Assembly (NCBI GenBank): GCA_977017645.1
Contig: OZ360227.1
Span: 126,790,001-126,854,000 of the forward strand
Direction of reading: 5' to 3'
From: Torpedo marmorata
Taxonomy: Eukaryota
DNA: 64,000 bases
A model generated the notes under the pieces. It was given only the letters and a program-made list of their open reading frames with translations, was not told the DNA's origin and made no database searches. Every line of letters begins with the position of its first letter. Position 1 is the stretch's first letter. Of the stretch, positions 56,001 through 64,000 are shown piece by piece. The position numbers and the translations under genes are program-made.

Positions 56001-56840
56001 AACTGAATTATTATTAATTCTTAAAAATTCCTGAATTTCTTTTCTCATATAATCACAAAAATCTTTTCTATTTAATAAAGAAGAATCTAATCTCCAATTA
56101 TATACAGTTTTTTCTTTCTCTGGAATTATACATGTCATTAATAACGGTGAATGGTCTGAAATTATTCTTGCTTTATAAGAAATTTGAGTTATTCTATCCT
56201 GAATTTGTGACGATATTAAAAATAAATCAATCCTCGAGAATGAGTTATGTCGAAAAGAATAAAATGAATAATCTTTTTCTCTAGGGTTTACCTTTCTCCA
56301 AATATCTACTAAATTTAAATCATCCATTAAATTAATAATTCTTTTAACTATTTTAGGTCTAACAGATGTTTTAGATGTTTTATCCATATTCGTATTAAGA
56401 CAACAATTAAAATCTCCCCCAATTAAAATATTTTCCTTAGCTTCAGATAAATGTAAACAGATATCTTGAATAAATTGTTCATCCTCTAGGTTTACAATAT
56501 ATAAATTTTAAAAAGTCCATGTTTCTGAATAAATTTGACAATGCACCATAACAAATCTACCAGCTATATCCGTCATTACTGATTGTATTTTAAATGGTAA
56601 TTTTTTATTGATTAAAATTGCTACTCCTCTCGCTTTAGAATTAAAAGACGAAGCTACTACATGTCCTACCCATTCTCTCTTCAACTTTTGATGTTCTTTA
56701 TCAGTCAAATGTGTTTCCTGTAAAAAAGCTATATCTACTTTCAATTTTTTAATATATGCCAAAGTTTTTTTCCTTTTAATTGGATTATTAAGCCCATTAA
56801 CATTAATACTTACAAAATTAATACTTCTAGGATCAACCAT
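53055..56840 (-). pseudogene. L1 ORF2p (APE endonuclease-RT-CCHC), ~1261 codons with one in-frame TAA at 56510-56508
   Basis: ORFs 56508-56840 and 53055-56387 are in the same frame. Motifs: NVNGL, LQETH, GGDFN, SDH, YRPISLLN, FADD, CFRC..H...C. Confidence 0.93.
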
Positions 56841-57108
56841 AATTAAATTTTAAACATTCTCTATCTGTCAGATCCGCCGACGCATCCCTCCTATTCCGTT
56901 GATTACATATTTTCTCCTCAAATAGAGTGAAATAATAGAAAAGCAAGAAAAAAGAACATCCCATAATTAACACTGGACTGTATATATCCCAGTGCTACCC
57001 CCCTCCGTCGCTCGAGAAGCGGTACAACCGCTAAAGTGGTGGTGGTTTCGGAAAAAGTCCCAATGAGTCCACCTCCCCCAAACAGATAATTAATCATACA
57101 TTTAATAT

Positions 57109-58479
57109 TCAATTAACTCCTCTCAAATTTTCACTTTCTTCTTCAATCTGAACCAAGGCAGCTTCTTCGGTTATCAAACCTGGCATTTCATTCTCTCTTC
57201 TTACTTGACTTTCTTGCGCTTGTTGAATAGTACCCACAGTATAAACTCTTCTCAGATTCGGAAGATTAGTTGCATGTAACAAGGCTTGTCGAGGATCCAT
57301 AAATAATAGAGAACCATCACCATTTTGAATTCTCAGAGTCGCCGGATATTTAAACGAAAATTTGTAGCCTTTCTCCCATAACTTTGCCTTAGCAGGATTA
57401 AACTCTTTACGTTGTTTGACCAGCATAGGACTCAAATCAGGATAGAAGAGAATTCTGTTCTCTTGAATTTGCATCGGAGCACCATGATCTCGTGTATATT
57501 GAATTGCTGATCTTATAATTCTTTCTCTGTCTTGATATCTTAAACACTTTATCAAAATTGGACGTGGTCTCCGATCTATCTGATCTCTCCTTCCAATCCT
57601 ATGAGCACGTTCAAGCTCTATTGGTTGGTCAAATCCAAAAGTCTGCTTCAACCAGTCTTGAAAAAACTTGGTCGTATCTAAAGGTTCAAAATTTTCAGGT
57701 ATTCCCAATATTTTCACATTATTTCTGCGACTTTGATTTTCCATCTGTTCTATTTTCAGCATCATTTCATCTCTTTGCTTTTGCCATCCAGTAAAAGTAT
57801 CTTCCATCTTATCCACTCTATCTCTACAATATTCAACTTCATGCTTATTATTTTCAGTTTCCTCTTCCATTCTTTTAACTCTCTCATCCACTTTACTTAC
57901 AGCACTCTCCAATCTTCCCATATTCTGTTTTACTTCTGTAAATTCATCTTGTATTTTACTTATAGTCATATTAAGCTTAGCATCCATTTTCCTTTCCAAT
58001 TTTGCTATAGCCTGTAAAATATTATCTTGAATTGAACATAACTTTCTCTGCATATCACCTTCATATACATCAAAATCTTCAGTATCTTCTTCTCCCAGCT
58101 GGCTATCTTCTTTCTCCCCTTCAGATTCCGACGATAATGCAGGCTTCCCAGCCTGTAGTATGGTCTGGGAAGCCTCCGCTGACGTCATGCTGGCCTCGTA
58201 TAGTTGCATTTGTAAATCGGCGATTCTGCGCATGCGCGCTTGTTCTTCCAATCTTTTTGTAGTTTTAGATCGGGCGCCGGCGCCATCTTCCGCAGCTCCC
58301 TGCGGAGGTGGCGTCGGCGCTCCCGATTCAGACAAGCGTTTGCCAGGTCGCTTACCAGGCTTCAACTGCAGGACAGTCCCAGGCTCCATCTCCAAGGTAG
58401 GCCTTTTCTCTTCATGTAATAAAGTTGTTTGTACCATGGTTTTTTTAGCTTTTTGTTCTTTCGTTTTTCTGCCAGCCAT
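57109..58479 (-). CDS. L1 ORF1p, intact, 456 aa
   Basis: Coiled coil, ENQSRRNNVKILGIPE, LERAHR, RPILIK, FYPDLS, YPATL. Confidence 0.93.
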   Translation of the reverse strand: MAGRKTKEQKAKKTMVQTTLLHEEKRPTLEMEPGTVLQLKPGKRPGKRLSESGAPTPPPQGAAEDGAGARSKTTKRLEEQARMRRIADLQMQLYEASMTSAEASQTILQAGKPALSSESEGEKEDSQLGEEDTEDFDVYEGDMQRKLCSIQDNILQAIAKLERKMDAKLNMTISKIQDEFTEVKQNMGRLESAVSKVDERVKRMEEETENNKHEVEYCRDRVDKMEDTFTGWQKQRDEMMLKIEQMENQSRRNNVKILGIPENFEPLDTTKFFQDWLKQTFGFDQPIELERAHRIGRRDQIDRRPRPILIKCLRYQDRERIIRSAIQYTRDHGAPMQIQENRILFYPDLSPMLVKQRKEFNPAKAKLWEKGYKFSFKYPATLRIQNGDGSLLFMDPRQALLHATNLPNLRRVYTVGTIQQAQESQVRRENEMPGLITEEAALVQIEEESENLRGVN

Positions 58480-58480
58480 T

Positions 58481-58610
58481 CTTAAAGTAGTTATAGCACT
58501 TTTTGTGATGTTCTTGATTTTTTTGAGTTATTTAAAAAGTCTTCTTAGTTTTATCTGCTGGGAGAGGTGTATCTCTGCGTCTTCTTCCTACGCCATCACG
58601 ACACGCCCCC
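58481..58610 (-). promoter_or_regulatory. L1 5'UTR / putative internal Pol II promoter
   Basis: GGGGGCGTGTCGTGATGGCG start with a YY1-like ATGGCG near +14. CpG-rich sequence continues into ORF1. Confidence 0.55.
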
Positions 58611-58971
58611 AGTCAGAGGGAATCTTGAAGAAATGTGTCCATTTGTAACCACTTTAGCAGATGGTTCTTTATATATAGTTTTAATCCAGTTAATAAATGT
58701 AATTCCAAAACCAAATTTCTCCAATACCTTAAATAAAAAATTCCACTCTAATCTATCAAAAGCCTTTTCAGCATCTAACATTAATACTAATGCTAAATCA
58801 TCCTTCTTTTTATGCACATTAATTAAACTAATTAATCTAGCTATATTATCCTTTGAATATCTATTTTTAATAAAACCAGCTTGATCTACATGGATTAAAT
58901 CTGGTAGATAATTAGCCACTCTATTTGCTAAAATTTTTGAGATAGCACATCCTGATGCCTTCCCGATCATT

Positions 58972-61026
58972 GTGGGAGACTTCAATCAGGTCAATCTGAA
59001 GAAGTCACTGACAAACTACCATCAACACATCACATGTGAGACCAGGGGAACCAACACACTCGCCCACTGCAACACCACCGTGAAGAACGCATACCGAGCC
59101 ATACCACGACCGCACTTCGGCAAGTCTGATCACCTGGCTGTACTTCTACTCCCGGCGTACAAGCAGAGACTGAAGACCACAGCACCAGTGGTGAGGACGG
59201 CGAAAGTATGGTCGAGGGGGGCAGAGGAGCGTCTGCAGGACTGCTTTGAATTGGTGGACTGGAACATATTCAAGCACTCAGCCATAGACCTAAATGAATA
59301 TGCAACAGGTGTCACCGACTTCATCAAGACCTGCGTGGATGAGTGTGTGCCCACGCGCAAATACCGGGTGTTCCCCAACCAGAAGTCCTGGATGAATCAG
59401 AGAATTCGCAACCTGCTGAGGACAAGAACAAGGGCGCTTAAGGCCGGGGACCGGGATCTTTACAAGAAGTGCAGGAACGACCTGCGGAAGGCCATCTCTG
59501 AAGCAAAGTGGCAATTCCAGAGGAAGCTGGAGACAGAGACAGATACACGCCAGCTATGGCAGGGAGTGCAGGCCATTACAGCCTACAAAGCGAGGGCGAA
59601 CACTATAGACGGCTGTGATGCTTCACTACCTGATGAGCTGAACACCTTCTATGCCCGCTTTGAGAAGAAGAACAAAACAGTGCCTACTAGAATCCCTGAA
59701 AAGGCTGAGGACCCTGTGATAACTGTCTCTGAGGGCGACGTCAGAACATCATTCAAGAAGGTGAACCCTCGCAAGGCGTCAGGCCCTGATGGCGTACCTG
59801 GCAGGGTACTGAAAATCTGCGCCAACCAACTAGCCGGAGTGTTCACGGACATTTTCAACCTCTCATTGCGGCAGTCAGACGTTCCCACCTGCTTCAAAAG
59901 GGCATCAATCATCCCAGTACCCAAGAAGAGTAGTGTGAGCTGCCTCAACGACTTCTGCCCAGTAGCACTAACTTCTACTCTGATGAAATGCTTTGAGAGG
60001 CTGGTCATGTCCAGAATTAACACATACCGAAGCAAAGATCTGGACCCACTGCAATTCGCCTATAGTCACAATCGCTCCACAGCAGATGCAATATCGCTGA
60101 CTCTCCACTCAGCTCTGGATCACCTCAAAAACAGCAATTCATACATACAGCTGCTCTTCATCGACTACACCTCGGCCTTCAATACCATTATTCCCTCAGT
60201 GCTGGTCAAGAAGCTACAAACTCTAGGCTTCTGTACCCCCCTCTGCAACTGGATCCTTGACTTTCTCATCGGAAGACCACAGTCAGTACGAATTGGAAAC
60301 AACGTCTCCTCCTCACTGATTATCAACACAGGCGCACCCCAAGGATGCGTGCTTAGTCCACTGCTCTACTCGTTATACACCCATGACTGTGTGGCCAGGC
60401 ACAATTCCAATGCCATCTACAAGTTTACCGATGACACCAAAGTTGTCGGCAGAATCACAAACGGCAATGAGGAAGCGTACAGGAGGGAGATAGATCAGCT
60501 CATTGAATGGTGTAATGGCAACAACCTTGAGCTCAACGTCAGCAAAACCAAGGAGATGATTGTGGACTTTAGGAGGAAGTCAGGGGCACACGACCCAGTC
60601 CTCATCGAGGGCTCCGTAGTGGAGAGGGTCAAGAACTTCAAATTCCTGGGTGTCAACATCTCCGAGGATCTGTCCTGGAGCATCCACGTTGATGCAATCA
60701 CAAAGAAGGCTCATCAGCGGCTATACTTTGTGAGGTGTCTGCGGAGATTCGGTATGTCACCGAAGACTCTCGTAAACTTCTACAGGTGTACCGTGGAGAG
60801 CATTCTGGCTGGTTGCATCACTGCCTGGTATGGAGGTGCCAACTCCCAGGACAAGAGTAAACTCCAGAGGGTTGTTAACTCGGCCTGTGACATCACAGGC
60901 ACCAAACTTCACTCCATCGAGGACATCTACATGAGGCGGTGTCTTAAAAAAGCAGCCTCTATCCTCAAAGACCCCCACCACCCAGGCCATGCCCTCTTCA
61001 CTCCGCTTCCATCGGGAAAAATGTAG
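58972..61026 (+). pseudogene. Rex/Babar EN C-terminal half and RT (684 aa open, premature TAG near the end)
   Basis: [41 protein letters not shown]. Confidence 0.9.
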
Positions 61027-61263
61027 AGGAGCCTAAAGACGAGCACTCAACGGCACAAGGACAGCTTCTTCCCCACTGCCATCAGATTCCTGAATAATCA
61101 ATGAACCAAAGACACTGCCTTACTTTTCGTGCACTATTGTTTATAATTTTTTATAGTAATGTCGTAAGATGGTTAATATGAATGTTAATTGCACTATGAT
61201 GCTGCCGCAAAACACCGAATTTCATGACTTGTTCATGACAATAAATTTTGATTCTGATTCTGA

Positions 61264-64000
61264 ATAAAATCAGAAGACACAAAAGCTTTACAAGCATATG
61301 CACTCTTTCTGAGAGGATGTTGTAACGCAATGGGAAGTAGTATACATTTGCAAGAGTTGAATTTGCTTGCCAATTTTTCTATTATAATAAATAAATTGCC
61401 GTATAAGCTGAAGGATTTATGGAGAACCAAAGCTACAGAGTTTAAGATGTGTGAAGGAAGGGACGCCACTTTTGAAGATGTTGTACAATTTTTGGAATGG
61501 CATGTGCAAGTTAACACAATACCAATATTCGGAAATATTAAGGATACTTCAACAGTTCCTAAAGATGTAAAGAAGTCTAAATCATTGTTTCAACAGAAGC
61601 CAAAGGGAGCATCACTTTGTCACTACTGTGTTAGATTCAAGCACAGGAGAGAACAAAGAAACAAAGGATATGGAAGATCAGTCTGTTCAGAAAAGCTGTT
61701 TGTATTGCAAAGATATGCATGCTTTAGAAAAATGTTCACGATTGGAGAAAAAGTCGCATGACGAGAAATTAACTTTTTTAAAGAAGAATGGAGTATGTTT
61801 TGGCTGCTTGTGTAAAGGACACATCAGCAAAACTTGTAATAAGCGACTCAGTTGTGATATATGCAATTTAAAGCATCCCAAGTTACTGCATACTCAACGA
61901 ATTAAAGTTGAGAAGGAAGTCAAACAATCTGAATCTAAGACTAATGAGACAACTAAAGAGTACGCTTCAGCTTCGGTTCAGACAAAAAGTCTTACTGGGG
62001 CCGGTGACAAAGCCCTCTCAATAGTTCCTGTACAAGTTAAAGCTAAAAAAGGTAACTTCATACTGAAGACCTATGCATTTCTTGATCCAGGAGGTACTGC
62101 ATCATTTTGTACTATTGAGTTAATGAACAAACTTAATCTTAATGGAAAAAGATCATAGATCTTATTGAAGACAATGAATGATGAAAGAAACATTGAAACT
62201 AATATAGTTTCAGGTTTAGAGATTGCTGGATTAAATAGCAATGAATATTGCGATCTTCCAAGTGTATATACTCAGAAGATTATGCCTGTGAATAAGGAGA
62301 ATATTCCATATCAGGATGATATGCTTACCTAAGATTGATGCCAAGATCGAGATGTTAATTGGATTAGATGTACCAAAGGCTCTCGAACCTCTAGAAGTAA
62401 TAAGGAGTCAAAACGACGGACCATATGCTGTGAGAACATTGCTTGGATGGACAATTAACGGCCCATTAGGAGGAAAAATGAATAATGATCAGAAGATGTT
62501 GAACGTAAAAGTCAACAGAATTTCAGCTGTGAAACTTAATGATCTGTGGGAACAACAGTTTAAAATTGATTTTCCTGAATGTCTCACAGATATTCAAAAA
62601 CCTTCAAAGGAAGACAAGCGGTTTCTGGATTTAGTTTCAAATTCTGTTAAACATATTGATGGTCATTACTGTATAGCATTACCTTTGAAGAAAAGAGAAA
62701 TTTGTATGCCATATAATAAAATAATTGCAGAACAGCGTATGCTGAATTTAAAGAGAAAATTCAAGAGGAATTCTTCCTTTCATTTGGAATATGCAGATGT
62801 CATGTTAGACATGATAGCCAAGAGTTATGTAAAAAAGGTATCAGAAGATATCTTGGAAAGTAAAGATGGTAAAAAATGGTATTTACCTCATCATGGAGTT
62901 GTACATCCACAAAAGAAAAAACTACGTATAGTATTTGATTGTGGAGCATCATTTCAAGGAGTTTCATTGAATTCTCAACTTCTACAAGGTCCAGAATTAA
63001 CCAGTACTTTAATAGGTGTTCTGATAAGATTTTGTAAAGAACCTATTGTAATTGCTGCAGATATTGAAGCGATGTTTCATCAAGTAAAAGTACCATCAGA
63101 AGATCATGATTTATTACGATTGTTGTGGTGGCCTAATGGAGATTATAATGAAGACATGATTGAATACAGAATGACAGTTCATCTATTTGGAGCAACATCA
63201 TCACCGAGTTGTGCAAATTTTGCTCTCAGGAAATGTGCTGAAGATAATGAAGAACAATTTAGTTCTCAAGCCATAGGCATCATCAAAAATAATTTCTATG
63301 TTGATGATTGTCTTACTTCAGTGGTTTCAGAAAAAGAAGCAATAGATCTTTATCAAGAGTTAAAGGAGATCTGTAATAAAGGAGGTTTCATCCTTACGGA
63401 ATGGATTAGCAACAGTCGAGATGTGTTGGCTGTCATTCCTGAAACAGAAAGAGCAAAGGAGATAAAACATCTTGATTTGGATTGTGACATTCTACCCGTC
63501 GAAAGAATGTTAGGGGTACAATGGTGTGTTCAATCTGATGTTTTCAAATTCAAAATTGTTTTGAAAGAACGACCTTTAACAAGAAGAGGTATTCTTTCGA
63601 TCGTAATTTCAATATATGATCCTTTAGGAATATTGGCACCAGTAGTATTAATAGCCAAGAAAATTCTGCAAGAATTGTGCAGAAGAAAATTTGGATGGGA
63701 TGAAGCTATACCAGAATCCATCGCACAAGATTGGATAAATTGGATTGAGAGTCTTAAATGTTAGAAAATTTTGAAGTCAACAGATGTTTGAAACCAAAAG
63801 ACTTTGGAATTGCTAGCCATGCTCAGTTACACCACTTTGCTGTTGCAAGCGAAGGTGGTTTTGGTACTGTCAGTTATTTAGTACTACGAAATAACCAAGA
63901 GAGAGTACATTGTGGATTGGTAATGAGAAAAGCCAGAGTGGCTCCATTAAAGCCAGTCACCATACCTCGTATGGAATTGACTGCCGCTACTATGGTGAGC
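61264..64000 (+). pseudogene. BEL gag C-terminus, protease, RT and start of RNase H (several frameshifts/stops)
   Basis: ORFs 61330-61761, 61628-62158 and 62316-63764 carry the BEL motifs. Confidence 0.9.

Larger units (their letters stand above)
52756..58610 (-). mobile_element. Full-length AT-rich L1 (~5.85 kb)
   Basis: Perfect 16-bp TSD agtcagagggaatctt (52740-52755, 58611-58626); 5' GGGGGCGTG; ORF1, spacer, ORF2, G-rich 3'UTR, polyA. Confidence 0.97.
50712..58937 (-). mobile_element. 5'-truncated AT-rich L1, split by the full-length copy (50712-52755 and 58611-58937)
   Basis: 16-bp TSD t(a/g)aga(c/t)agcacatcct (50696-50711, 58938-58953). SSRFPLT resumes as [12 protein letters not shown] across the insert. 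Confidence 0.92.
50359..61263 (+). mobile_element. Rex/Babar-type LINE (EN+RT), split into 50359-50711 and 58938-61263
   Basis: CFTETWL, GGGVC, VAVYIPP | GDFN, SDH, YKFTDD, LPSG; aataaa(ttctga)n tail. Confidence 0.92.
47193..64000 (+). mobile_element. BEL/Pao LTR retrotransposon (decayed gag-pol, runs off the window end), carrying several nested insertions
   Basis: Gag PVFNGDP..YYLEQYT; three Cys/His knuckles; protease FLDPGG; RT YLPHH, RIVFD, FGATSSP, FYVDD; DPLG; RNase H region LHHF.VAS. Confidence 0.92.

Noticed and set aside
58160-58648. 162-aa antisense ORF as an ORF0 analogue
   Set aside because: It overlaps GC-rich ORF1 antisense and stops only outside the element, so it is probably a shadow ORF.
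60421-60440. FTDD in place of FADD in two RTs (also near 52625)
   Set aside because: Single G>A changes in already decayed copies; sister L1 copies have FADD.

Overview
Vertebrate genomic DNA, by inference from a cartilaginous fish (V-domain tRNA SINEs, SacSINE/Deu-like SINE remnants, Penelope terminal repeats, fish-type L1, Rex/Babar, CR1, BEL/Pao and Gypsy elements). Roughly two thirds of the window is retroelement-derived. There are two nested clusters. In 10.8-21.5 kb, a CR1 remnant is followed by a GC-normal L1 that carries two AT-rich L1 insertions. In 39.6-64 kb, a six-level nest (Gypsy > L1 > BEL/Pao > Rex/Babar > truncated L1 > full-length L1) can be read from target-site duplications and resumed reading frames. 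An AT-rich L1 lineage has 7 copies; 6 sit inside other retroelements, and one is full length with a single in-frame stop. A TE-poor AT-rich block (about 32.7-38 kb) looks regulatory, and there is one candidate minus-strand terminal exon of an unidentified host gene near 5.3 kb. I found no prokaryotic system, CRISPR array, rRNA or genuine tRNA gene. Nearly all long ORFs are retroelement ORFs or their antisense shadows. All family assignments come from motif recognition by eye, not database searches.
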